From Acidimicrobiales bacterium (GTDB taxonomy: Bacteria; Actinomycetota; Acidimicrobiia; Acidimicrobiales; RAAP-2): DNA of 63,087 nucleotides. The stretch covers positions 1 through 63,087 of the forward strand of contig JADGOI010000001.1 of assembly GCA_017883075.1 (NCBI GenBank), given 5' to 3'. The notes under the pieces were generated by a model, which ran no database searches, was not told the origin of the DNA, and worked only from the letters and a program-made list of their open reading frames with translations. Every line of letters starts with the position of its first letter. Within the stretch, counting starts at the first letter, position 1. Of the stretch, positions 38,248 through 47,953 are shown in pieces. Made by a program: the position numbers and the translations under genes.

Positions 38248-39534
38248 TCAGTCGGCCGGAACCTCTGACGGCAGGGGCACCCCCGCCTGTGAGTACGCCT
38301 GGCGCAGAAGCGACGCCGCCTGGTGCAACAACGCCGCGGGCGGATTGGCGACCAGGAAGGCCTGGTACTGGGCCACCGCTCCAGAAGCGTTGTTGTCCTG
38401 GTCGAGGAGGACCGTCCCCAAGTACAGCCGGGGGGCGTAGTCGCCAGGGTCGAGCTGCACCGCTTGACTGAGTTTCGCCTTCGCATCGTTGATCAACGAC
38501 ACACTCTTTCCCTGCACCCCGGTCTGGTATTCGAGCCATCCCAGTTGAGCCATGGCGACCTCGTTCTGTCGATCCTCATCGAGCACCTTCTGATACAGCT
38601 GTGCGGCCCCGCCCGGCTGGTGGTCGTTCTCCAAGGTGGCCGCCTGAGCCAACATCTGTTGGATATGTGCCTGTTGACTGAGCGTGGCGTTGCCGCTCGG
38701 GGTCTGGCCCGGTAGGCGGTTGGCGGCAAACAGCGCCACCAACAGCACCAGCGCCGTGCCGAAGGCACCGACCGCGCCCGAGATCAACAGTCGCTGCCGA
38801 CGGCTTCTCCTCGGCCGGACCCCCGAGGGAGATAACTGAACGGCCGGTACCGGACCCTCAGGTTCCGCCGCATCATCACCCGCGCCCGCAACCCGGTCGG
38901 CCGTACCTTCGTTTCCCGTTGTTGCCATCCGGATATCGAGAGCCGCCAATCGAGCGGTGTCCCGATTCCTCAGCGCCTGGTAGTCCTGGTCAGAAAGATC
39001 CCCCGCCCGGTACTCGGCAAAAGCATCGGCCAACGACTGGTCGAGGAACTGCCGCCGATCATCGAGTTGCTCGGAACTGGCACCGGCATCGAGGGTGGCG
39101 TCGGCTCGAACGGCATCGGCCGGTTCGACCAACCCGTTCATACGTTTGCGGACCAGCACGGTCGCCAATCCGGCGATGGCGAGGACGCCACCTCCGAGTG
39201 GGAGCACCCATACCAACAGAGACCACCCACTCGCCGGCGGGACCAGAACGATGGCCGACCCGTACCGGGAGACCAGATAGGCCTGGATCTGCTGATCGGA
39301 CTTTCCTTCGCCGATGAGTTGACGCACGGTATTCCGGACCAGAACTGCGGTTTGCGCGCTGGAGTTGGCCACTGACAGGTCCTCGCAACTCGGGCACTTG
39401 ATCCCCGTCTCGATGGCCACCGCTCTCTGAGCCGCAGTCACCGGGGTGGTGTGGAGGACTCCGCTACCGATAACCAGGGCCACCATCAATACCGCGCCCA
39501 GGACGATCCATATCGGGAATCGGCGGGCGCTCAC
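38248..39534 (-). CDS. ccmH: Cytochrome c-type biogenesis protein CcmH fused to a TPR (CcmI-like) domain
   Basis: Signal anchor, then ...IKCPSCEDLSVANSSAQTAVLVRNTVRQLI...IQAYLVSRYG... (CcmH/NrfF CxxC domain), a second TM segment, a linker and C-terminal TPR-like repeats. The GTG start overlaps the ccmG stop (GTGA). Confidence 0.85.
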   Translation of the reverse strand: MSARRFPIWIVLGAVLMVALVIGSGVLHTTPVTAAQRAVAIETGIKCPSCEDLSVANSSAQTAVLVRNTVRQLIGEGKSDQQIQAYLVSRYGSAIVLVPPASGWSLLVWVLPLGGGVLAIAGLATVLVRKRMNGLVEPADAVRADATLDAGASSEQLDDRRQFLDQSLADAFAEYRAGDLSDQDYQALRNRDTARLAALDIRMATTGNEGTADRVAGAGDDAAEPEGPVPAVQLSPSGVRPRRSRRQRLLISGAVGAFGTALVLLVALFAANRLPGQTPSGNATLSQQAHIQQMLAQAATLENDHQPGGAAQLYQKVLDEDRQNEVAMAQLGWLEYQTGVQGKSVSLINDAKAKLSQAVQLDPGDYAPRLYLGTVLLDQDNNASGAVAQYQAFLVANPPAALLHQAASLLRQAYSQAGVPLPSEVPAD

Positions 39535-40073
39535 GCGTGGGTGGCCTTGGCCGCCGACATCACTCGGTCGAGATCCTTGGCCGTCACCGCGCCGACGATG
39601 TAGGCCGCCACCCGCCCGTCGGGAGCGATCACGAACGTGGTCGGCCTGGCGCTGACCCCATAGTCCAACGCCAGCTTCCCGTTGGCATCGGTCAAGGTCG
39701 GCCAGCTCACACCCAACATCGTCTGATAGGTCCGGGCCGCCGACAGCGTGTCACCGAAGACCACGCTGACCATCGACGCGTCACCGGACCGCTGGTGCTC
39801 GAACTGGAATGCCACCAGGTCCTGTCCCTCTTGTTGGCACGGAGCACACCAACTGGCGAAGAAGTTGAGCACCACGAAGTGGCCGGGGGCGGTGGGCAAC
39901 GAAAACGCCGACCGATCGAAGGTGGTGCCGGTGATGGTGGGGGCGGTGTGACCCACCAAAGGGCTCTGAACCTCGGCCACCGTGGCCGACGGCCGGGTGG
40001 CGAGCACCGCTATCAAGCCGGCGCCAACGATCAGAACCACGATCCCAATCCATCGTGTCTTGTGCCGACCCAC
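39531..40073 (-). CDS. ccmG: Thiol:disulfide oxidoreductase CcmG/DsbE (TlpA/ResA-like)
   Basis: TM anchor plus thioredoxin fold with FFASWCAPCQQE. The GTG start at 40073 lies 2 nt after the ccmF stop; the track start at 40274 lies inside ccmF. Confidence 0.85.
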   Translation of the reverse strand: MGRHKTRWIGIVVLIVGAGLIAVLATRPSATVAEVQSPLVGHTAPTITGTTFDRSAFSLPTAPGHFVVLNFFASWCAPCQQEGQDLVAFQFEHQRSGDASMVSVVFGDTLSAARTYQTMLGVSWPTLTDANGKLALDYGVSARPTTFVIAPDGRVAAYIVGAVTAKDLDRVMSAAKATHA

Positions 40074-40075
40074 CC

Positions 40076-42157
40076 TCAGCTCCCGACAGGAACCGGCTCG
40101 GGCTCCGGCAATGTGTCGGCCACGGCTTCCGGGTCTTTGGGTGCCACCGGTTCTGGTTCGCGAGCAGTGGAGCCCGTCGGTGCCGACACCGGATCGGTCG
40201 GACGACGGCGACGCCCCGGAACGGCGGAAAGTACCGATCCGAATACCAACAGGGCCCCGCCCACCCACAACCACATCACCAGCGGTTGGACGACTACCCC
40301 GAACGTCAGCTGGGCTCCCGACGTCGACGTGGCGTCGATGGTCAAGTACACGTCATCTCTCCAACTCGCATCGATGGCGGGAGTACCCACGTCCTGGCTT
40401 CCCGCGCCGAACTGGGTGATGGCAGGTGCATAGGTTCCTCTTCCGTCCACCCGGAGGATTGCTTGGAACGCTGAACTGGACGACGTCTTGACGGTGCGGG
40501 TGCCTACGAACTCCACCGTGTGCCCGGCGAACGAAGTTGTCTGGCCCGGCGACAGTGCCACCTCGGTCCGGTGCCCGAAGGCGGTTGCGGCGGCCAGGCC
40601 CACCGCGATGATCACCACTCCGATGTGGACCACCATGCCCCCATTGGCCCTCCCGACGAAGCCACGCCATCCGGCCAGCATCGATCGGGCCGACGATGCT
40701 CCCGAGGCTTTGGCGCCGCGCCAGGACGAACGGACCGATAGGGCCAATGCCCGACCGGCGGATGCCGCCGCGAAGGCGCCCAGGCCAAAGGCGGCCAGAG
40801 GCTCGATCCCCTTGATCCCGCCCAACACACACGCCACCACCACCGACACCGCCACGACGGCCGGGACCGCCAGTCGTCCCCGCATGACCTCGATGGAAGT
40901 CTTCCGCCACGGGAGTGCGGGCGCCACTGCCATCAGGAAGAGCAGCCCCAGCCCAATCGGGATGATCAACCGGTTGAAATAGGGAGCCCCCACCGTGATT
41001 TGTCGACCCCCTTCGAGCGCTTCATACAGCAGCGGGAAGACGGTCCCCAGCAGCACGACGAAGGCGAAAGCGACGAACAGCAGGTTGTTCGCCAGGAAGG
41101 CGCCTTCGCGGCTGATCGGAGAGTCGATGCCCCCGGCAGAACGCAATCGGTCCCCGCGCCAGGCAATGAGCCCCAAACCCGTCACCAGGGTGAGACCGAA
41201 GAAACCCAGGAGGAGTGGCCCGATGGTCGAGTTGGAGAAGGCGTGTACCGACTGGATCACCCCGGATCGAGTGAGAAAGGTCCCCAGAATTGTCAGAGAG
41301 AACGTGGCGATCACCAGCGAAAGGTTCCAGATCCGGAGCAGCCCTCTCCGTTCCTGCACCATGACGGAGTGCAGGTAGGCGGTACCCACCAGCCATGGCA
41401 GAAACGAGGCATTCTCCACCGGGTCCCACGCCCAGAAACCGCCCCATCCCAGCACCTGATACGACCACATGGCGCCGAGCACGATGCCGGCGGTGAGGAA
41501 CGTCCAGGCAAAGAGCGTCCAACGACGGGTCTCGCGTTGCCAGGCGCTGTCGAGACGGCCGGTGATCAGCGACGCAATGGCGAATGCGAAAGGCAGGGTG
41601 AACCCGACGAAGCCCAGATACAGCATGGGGGGATGGATGGCCTGGAGAGGATTGTCCTGGAGCAGTGAGTTCGGGCCGGCGCCGTCCACCGGGATGGCCC
41701 CCACCACACGTTGGAACGGATCGGCAGCGTGGAGCATCAACCCGAAGAAGAATGCCGCCACCACGTAGACCACCAGGGTGGCCCACGCCACCAGCGGTTC
41801 GGCCGCCCGTCGGCGGAAGCGCCAGACCATGGCGGTGGCGTACCCACCGAGGATGAGGCCCCATAACAGGATCGAACCCGAAAGGGCCGACCACATGCCG
41901 CAGATCGAATACATGAGGGGGGTCTCGCGGCTGTTGTTGTCGGCCACGAAGGCCAGGGAGAAGTCGTGGGTGATGAGGGCGTGCTCCATGGCGACGGTGG
42001 CGATCAGTCCGCCTAGCAGCACCACCGGTGCATAGATCTGACCGGCCCGGATGGTCGATTCCCGACCCTTGGCCAAACCAACCGCGAGGACGACCACTCC
42101 GACCAGCGCGGCGACAAAGCCCAGGAGCACACCGGTATTGCCGAGGGCGGCATTCAC
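40076..42157 (-). CDS. ccmF: Cytochrome c heme lyase subunit CcmF
   Basis: 693-aa polytopic protein with the WWD motif GWGGFWAWDPVENASFLPWL and conserved His residues. GTG start. Confidence 0.92.
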   Translation of the reverse strand: MNAALGNTGVLLGFVAALVGVVVLAVGLAKGRESTIRAGQIYAPVVLLGGLIATVAMEHALITHDFSLAFVADNNSRETPLMYSICGMWSALSGSILLWGLILGGYATAMVWRFRRRAAEPLVAWATLVVYVVAAFFFGLMLHAADPFQRVVGAIPVDGAGPNSLLQDNPLQAIHPPMLYLGFVGFTLPFAFAIASLITGRLDSAWQRETRRWTLFAWTFLTAGIVLGAMWSYQVLGWGGFWAWDPVENASFLPWLVGTAYLHSVMVQERRGLLRIWNLSLVIATFSLTILGTFLTRSGVIQSVHAFSNSTIGPLLLGFFGLTLVTGLGLIAWRGDRLRSAGGIDSPISREGAFLANNLLFVAFAFVVLLGTVFPLLYEALEGGRQITVGAPYFNRLIIPIGLGLLFLMAVAPALPWRKTSIEVMRGRLAVPAVVAVSVVVACVLGGIKGIEPLAAFGLGAFAAASAGRALALSVRSSWRGAKASGASSARSMLAGWRGFVGRANGGMVVHIGVVIIAVGLAAATAFGHRTEVALSPGQTTSFAGHTVEFVGTRTVKTSSSSAFQAILRVDGRGTYAPAITQFGAGSQDVGTPAIDASWRDDVYLTIDATSTSGAQLTFGVVVQPLVMWLWVGGALLVFGSVLSAVPGRRRRPTDPVSAPTGSTAREPEPVAPKDPEAVADTLPEPEPVPVGS

Positions 42158-42200
42158 CGCTGAAGCCTCGTCCCGAACCCGTCACACACCTGTCGCCCGG

Positions 42201-42683
42201 TCACCGCTTGGTCCCGTTGGGAGCGCTCACTCGCCCGGGGTTGTTGGCGATATAGGTCGATGAGTGCTTGACCAGAATCTGATTCGACATGAACGTGCTG
42301 CCGGAGAGATGGCCCACCGCAATGACCGGGATGTCCTTCTGAAAGAGCTGTGGTGGGCTGCCGGTGTTGATCACCCGTAGGGATTCCCCCCCGGCACTCA
42401 GGGTGAAATCGACACCCTGGGGGGTGGGCTGGATGGAGCCCGGCTCGACGAGACCCTCGAGGTTGAACGTCTGGCTCCCGAGGGATGTCCTCTGGTGCAG
42501 AGCCTGATCGACGGGCAGATAGAAGTTGATGGCAGTACCGAGTCCCTTCACCACGAGGAAGGCAAACGCCCCGACCAGGACGACGCCCACCGTGGCATAC
42601 CGGAGTCGATGGCTCTTGGCCTTGGGGGCCGGGACTGGCTCGGAGACCGGGAGCGTCCCGGGCAGGACAGGTGTGCTGGTCAC
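42201..42683 (-). CDS. ccmE: Cytochrome c maturation heme chaperone CcmE
   Basis: N-terminal anchor, OB-fold region (...FNLEGLVEPGSI...) and the C-terminal heme-binding H-x3-Y motif (LVKHSSTYIA). The GTG start overlaps the ccmD stop. Confidence 0.88.
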   Translation of the reverse strand: MTSTPVLPGTLPVSEPVPAPKAKSHRLRYATVGVVLVGAFAFLVVKGLGTAINFYLPVDQALHQRTSLGSQTFNLEGLVEPGSIQPTPQGVDFTLSAGGESLRVINTGSPPQLFQKDIPVIAVGHLSGSTFMSNQILVKHSSTYIANNPGRVSAPNGTKR

Positions 42684-42832
42684 GCTGGCCCCGCTTCGGC
42701 CAGGTCACCCGAGCGCGAGTCCTCGACCTGGGTGACCAGGCGATTGAGGCGTCGCCTACGCCATACCAACTGCACCCCGTAGAGGAACAGGAGCGTGAGC
42801 ACCACTACGTAACCGGCGATTACGTACCTCAT
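42680..42832 (-). CDS. ccmD: Heme exporter protein CcmD (50 aa, not in the ORF track)
   Basis: My own translation: MRYVIAGYVVVLTLLFLYGVQLVWRRRRLNRLVTQVEDSRSGDLAEAGPA. It has a single TM segment followed by a basic stretch, in the canonical position between ccmC and ccmE. ATGA overlap with the ccmC stop and GTGA overlap with the ccmE start. Confidence 0.8.
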   Translation of the reverse strand: MRYVIAGYVVVLTLLFLYGVQLVWRRRRLNRLVTQVEDSRSGDLAEAGPA

Positions 42833-43644
42833 CGGGACACCTCTGCCGGGGCGCGGGCGTTACCCACGACGGCCAGAGCCTCTGGTGTCGGGTCCGCCAC
42901 TACTCCCTCGGACTGCCTGTCGTGGAGCGCCATATCCAATTCGCCAGAACCGAGGTAGTCCTCCAACGCCCCGATGCGATATCGAACCAGGAGCATCCAG
43001 ACAAAGGCGAGGGTCAGGGCGACGAAACCGAGCAGCAGCGTCCAGGCCATCGATCCATGGATGGTGGGTGACAGATTGGCATTCAGGACTGTCGCCCCTT
43101 GATGAAGCGTCTTCCACCACAAGACCGAGAAGTGGACAATCGGGACATCCACCGCGGCGAACAGTGCGGCAAAAGCGCTGCGCTTGGCCCGCACCTCCGG
43201 CTCCGCCGGCACCCGGCGAAGGGCCAGGTAGCCGAGGAAGAGAACCAGCAACACCGCGGTGCTGGTGAGCCGGGCATCCCAGGCCCACCACACTCCCCAG
43301 GTTGGCTTCCCCCAGATCGAGCCGGAGATCAACGTGCACACGTTGAACACCACTCCCACCTCTACCGCGGCGGCGGCCAACCGATCCCAGAACAGTGATC
43401 GGGTCCGGGGCCACAGGTACAAGAGGCTGCACGCGGCAGCCAGTCCGAAGGCCAGGTACAGCGCCACCCAGGCCACTCCGGGATGGACGTACACCAACCG
43501 CACCAGGTCGCCCTGGACCTTGTCAGGTGGGGTCACCCAAAGTCCCAGCCACACGGTGAGCCCGGTTCCGACCAGGGCGAGCAGGCCGATGACCCGGGTT
43601 GCCCACATGACCCCGGGGGACTGCGCCGGTGTGTTCGTAGTCAT
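42829..43644 (-). CDS. ccmC: Heme exporter protein CcmC
   Basis: WGKPTWGVWWAWDARLTS (WWD motif) and flanking conserved His residues. The start ATG at 43644 (MTTNTPAQ) forms an ATGA overlap with the ccmB stop; the track ORF is over-extended to 44145. Confidence 0.9.
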   Translation of the reverse strand: MTTNTPAQSPGVMWATRVIGLLALVGTGLTVWLGLWVTPPDKVQGDLVRLVYVHPGVAWVALYLAFGLAAACSLLYLWPRTRSLFWDRLAAAAVEVGVVFNVCTLISGSIWGKPTWGVWWAWDARLTSTAVLLVLFLGYLALRRVPAEPEVRAKRSAFAALFAAVDVPIVHFSVLWWKTLHQGATVLNANLSPTIHGSMAWTLLLGFVALTLAFVWMLLVRYRIGALEDYLGSGELDMALHDRQSEGVVADPTPEALAVVGNARAPAEVSR

Positions 43645-44312
43645 GCTGTCTCCTGGATCGGCCCGTACACGACCACGCCGAGGGCCAGATACACAGCGTC
43701 GAATGCGATGAGCAGGTGGAACCACGGAGATCCGTTGGACGGCGTCCCGCCGGCCAGGGCCGCCTGCCACATGCGGGTTCCGGCGAGAAGCACGGGGGCC
43801 ACCACCGGCAACAACAAGAACGGCAACAGGGTCTCCCTGATCCTGAGACCCGCGGACAGGGCCCCATAGAGCGTCCCGGCCGCGGCGAGCCCAATGGTCC
43901 CGAGGCCACACGAGACGACAATGAGCCAGTACGTCTCGATGCTGGCCCCGTAAAGCAGCACCACGCCGAGGCCGAGCACCACTTCGAGCACCACCAACTG
44001 GGTGGCGACCGACAGCGTCTTTCCCAGGAACTGACCGGCCGGATCGAGCCCCGAGAGGCGCAAACCGTCGCGGGCACCATCGACCGACTCCACCGACACG
44101 CTGCGCTGGATGGCGAGCACGGACGAGAAGAGAACTGCCACCCAAAACAGTCCCGGTGCGCCCTTGGCCATGGGGGCGCGATCGGGTCCGAGGGCAAAGG
44201 CGAACAACACCAGGGCGATGATCCCAAAAGGAGCAACCTGACTGAGTGCCACCCGGGACCGAGCCTCGATCCGCAGGTCCTTACCCGCCACCAACAGGGT
44301 GTCACGCCACAT
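43641..44312 (-). CDS. ccmB: Heme exporter membrane protein CcmB
   Basis: MWRDTLLVAGKDLRIE... followed by six TM segments, typical of CcmB. The start ATG at 44312 overlaps the ccmA 3' end by 11 nt. Confidence 0.88.
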   Translation of the reverse strand: MWRDTLLVAGKDLRIEARSRVALSQVAPFGIIALVLFAFALGPDRAPMAKGAPGLFWVAVLFSSVLAIQRSVSVESVDGARDGLRLSGLDPAGQFLGKTLSVATQLVVLEVVLGLGVVLLYGASIETYWLIVVSCGLGTIGLAAAGTLYGALSAGLRIRETLLPFLLLPVVAPVLLAGTRMWQAALAGGTPSNGSPWFHLLIAFDAVYLALGVVVYGPIQETA

Positions 44313-45003
44313 GGACGAACCTCGCAGGCACACTGTTGAGGCGGCGCTCTCCAGTGACCCGCCCCCCGGTAATGGTGATCGATCGGGTGGCCATCGATTC
44401 GACCAACTCGGGTTCGTGGGAGACCACGATGGCGGTGGCGCCGCCGGCCGTGGCCTCGACGATGAGCTCGTTGAGCAACGAACGAGCGGAAGCGTCGAGA
44501 CCGGCATGGGGCTCATCGAGCAACCAGAGCTCGGGCGCCCGTGCCACCAACACCGCCAGCGCCACCCGACGGCGTTGACCGGCCGACAGTTTGGCCGCTC
44601 CGGTACGGAGCAGACGTCCGGTCAGTCCCAACCGCTCGCAGGCACCCTCGATCCGGGACGCATCAGCGCCGGCTGCCTTCACCGCGAACCGGACGTTCTC
44701 TCGGACGTTGAGATCGTCGTAGAGATGGGAGGCATGGGCCAACAGGCCCACCCGGCGCCGCACCTCTGTCCGGTGCCGGGCTGGGTCGAGACCCAGGACC
44801 GTCGCCCGTCCCGAGGTCACCGGGACCAGCCCGGCAGCCACTCGCAGCAGGCTGGTCTTCCCCGCCCCATTCGGACCTTCGACCAGCACCGTCTCCCCCA
44901 CGCCGACCTGGAGGTCGACGCCGGCCAGAAGTGGAAACCGTCCGGACAACGCGACCACGTCGCGTAAGGACAGAGCGGAGGTGGGGGGAGATTCGGGGGC
45001 CAT
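44302..45003 (-). CDS. ccmA: Heme exporter ATP-binding protein CcmA
   Basis: Walker A GPNGAGKTS, signature LSAGQRRRV and Walker B LWLLDEP. First ccm gene, after ccdA. Confidence 0.9.
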   Translation of the reverse strand: MAPESPPTSALSLRDVVALSGRFPLLAGVDLQVGVGETVLVEGPNGAGKTSLLRVAAGLVPVTSGRATVLGLDPARHRTEVRRRVGLLAHASHLYDDLNVRENVRFAVKAAGADASRIEGACERLGLTGRLLRTGAAKLSAGQRRRVALAVLVARAPELWLLDEPHAGLDASARSLLNELIVEATAGGATAIVVSHEPELVESMATRSITITGGRVTGERRLNSVPARFVHVA

Positions 45004-45089
45004 AACCGTCGGCCCATGCTACGGGGGCCAGCCACCGTGGGCCAGGCGGGGCCGGGGCGGCCGGGTGCTCAGGTCCGGGGCAAGCCGTC

Positions 45090-45953
45090 TCAACTGGTCG
45101 CCAACCGACCGAGGTGCAGGTCGCGAAGCCAATTGGAGACATGAATGGCGATCACGTCGACGTTCCCGGTAACGAGCAGAATGCCGAACACAATGAGGAC
45201 GGCTCCCCCGGCCAGGTCCACCAGGCGCAATCGGCCTCGGAACCGGGCCAAGAGGTCGGTCATCCGGCCGAAGGCCAAACCGAAGAGGAGGAATGGCACC
45301 CCCAGGCCCAGGGAGTAGGCCAAGAGCAGGGCGATGCCGCCGGTCGTCGTCCCCCCGGTCCCGGCCGCGAGCGCCAGCACACTGGCCAGAATCGGTCCGA
45401 TGCACGGGGTCCAGGCGAAGGCGAATGCGGCACCCATGATCGGGGGTGCCCACGCACCCAACACCGAAGGTCGGATGGCGAAGCGGTGTTCACCGGAAAG
45501 CGCGACGGGCAACCGGATCCCGGATGCCATGGCAACCAGAATGGTCCCGAAGATCACGATGAGAATGCCCGAGAACGTCCGGAGCGCGGGCAGATGAGTG
45601 TGAAACAGATGGCCGGCGGCTGACGCTGATGCCCCCAAAATGGTGAATACAACGGTGAAGCCGGCGATGAAGAGGAGGATCCCCCGGAGGAGGCGGCCCC
45701 GTTCGCCTTGGAGGTCGGCGACCGTGGGTGCCGCCGTGGCTGCGAGATCGCCGGCGGGTGTGCCCCTGGTGGAGACGGGGACGGGGACGACCGGTCGAAG
45801 GGCGTTCAACTCGGCCGCCGACAACCCCGACACCATCGACAGGTAGCCCGGTACAAGGGGAAGCACGCAGGGCGAAAGGAACGAGAGCATGCCCCCGCCG
45901 AACGCCACCAGCAGGCCGAGGGGATCTGCGTGAACCGCTCCGGCGATCATCAT
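45090..45953 (-). CDS. ccdA: Cytochrome c biogenesis thiol-reductant transporter CcdA (DsbD-like TM domain)
   Basis: ...FLSPCVLPLVPGYL... and a second ...TPCIGPIL... motif, six TM segments. Confidence 0.9.
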   Translation of the reverse strand: MMIAGAVHADPLGLLVAFGGGMLSFLSPCVLPLVPGYLSMVSGLSAAELNALRPVVPVPVSTRGTPAGDLAATAAPTVADLQGERGRLLRGILLFIAGFTVVFTILGASASAAGHLFHTHLPALRTFSGILIVIFGTILVAMASGIRLPVALSGEHRFAIRPSVLGAWAPPIMGAAFAFAWTPCIGPILASVLALAAGTGGTTTGGIALLLAYSLGLGVPFLLFGLAFGRMTDLLARFRGRLRLVDLAGGAVLIVFGILLVTGNVDVIAIHVSNWLRDLHLGRLATS

Positions 45954-46002
45954 CGGAACACTGATGGTGGATGGCCGGCGGACCTGCCCATCGACGGACC
46001 GG

Positions 46003-46974
<972 letters not shown>

Positions 46975-46987
46975 GCTGGGCTCCTCC

Positions 46988-47941
46988 TCAGGGTCCAGTG
47001 CTCTCGGTGCCCGAATCGGGGGGAACCTGCCACACCGGCGGTCGCTTCTCCAAAAATGCCGAAATACCTTCCGATGCCTCTGCCGTCTGACTGGTCACGG
47101 TCAGCATGGCGTGCAAATGCGCCAATGCATCGGAGGCGGTCGAATCCCACACAGCGTAGAACGATTCGCGCCCCAGCCTCATCACCCCGGGAGGTTTCGA
47201 TGCCAAGGTCGCCGCCAACTCGGCTACGGCCCCGTCCAGCTGGGCGTGAGGAACCACCCGGGTGACAAAGCCGATCCGATCGGCCTCAGCTGCACCCACC
47301 ACCCGACTGGTGAGCATCAGCTCCAGGGCCTTCTTCGGGGGCATCGAGCGCATCATCGGCACGGTAACCATGAAAGGCCAGAGCCCGACATTCAGCTCGG
47401 GGGCGCCGAACCAGGCTTCTTCCGAGGCGATCACCAAGTCGCAGGCCAGGGCCAACCCGAACCCGCCGGCCATAGCCCAACCCTGTACCCGGGCGATGGT
47501 CGGCTTCCCCAGATGCCACATCTCTTCGAACAGGGCGGCCAACCATCCTCGTGCCTCATGCTGATCGAAGAAGGCGTCGGTGCCACCTCCGGCGCTGTGC
47601 GGGACCATCCCCGAAAGATCGGCACCGGCACAGAAGGCCTTGTCGCCGCTACCGGCCAGCACCACCACCCGCACCCCGGGATCGACCTTTGCCCGGGCCA
47701 GATGCTGGCGGAGACCGCTGATGATCTCCCAGGTCATGGCGTTGCGGCGTTCGGGGCGATTGATCGTCAACGTGAGCACGGATCCCTGTTGGCTCGCCAC
47801 CAGCTCAGGCGTCGATCCCGAAATGGGCAGCACCGCGTCGGGTGGAATCACAGGGTCCTCGGGCACGGCGCGACGGTAGCCGCTTCCCGTGCCGATGTCC
47901 CGTTCCGTTGCCGGTTTGGGCTTTCGCCCCTGAGTCGGCAC
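46988..47941 (-). CDS. Enoyl-CoA hydratase/isomerase (crotonase) family protein
   Basis: ...[12 protein letters not shown]...[16 protein letters not shown]...[15 protein letters not shown].... The start is uncertain: GTG at 47941 or GTG at 47866. Confidence 0.85.
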   Translation of the reverse strand: MPTQGRKPKPATERDIGTGSGYRRAVPEDPVIPPDAVLPISGSTPELVASQQGSVLTLTINRPERRNAMTWEIISGLRQHLARAKVDPGVRVVVLAGSGDKAFCAGADLSGMVPHSAGGGTDAFFDQHEARGWLAALFEEMWHLGKPTIARVQGWAMAGGFGLALACDLVIASEEAWFGAPELNVGLWPFMVTVPMMRSMPPKKALELMLTSRVVGAAEADRIGFVTRVVPHAQLDGAVAELAATLASKPPGVMRLGRESFYAVWDSTASDALAHLHAMLTVTSQTAEASEGISAFLEKRPPVWQVPPDSGTESTGP

Positions 47942-47953
47942 TACCGTGGCCCC

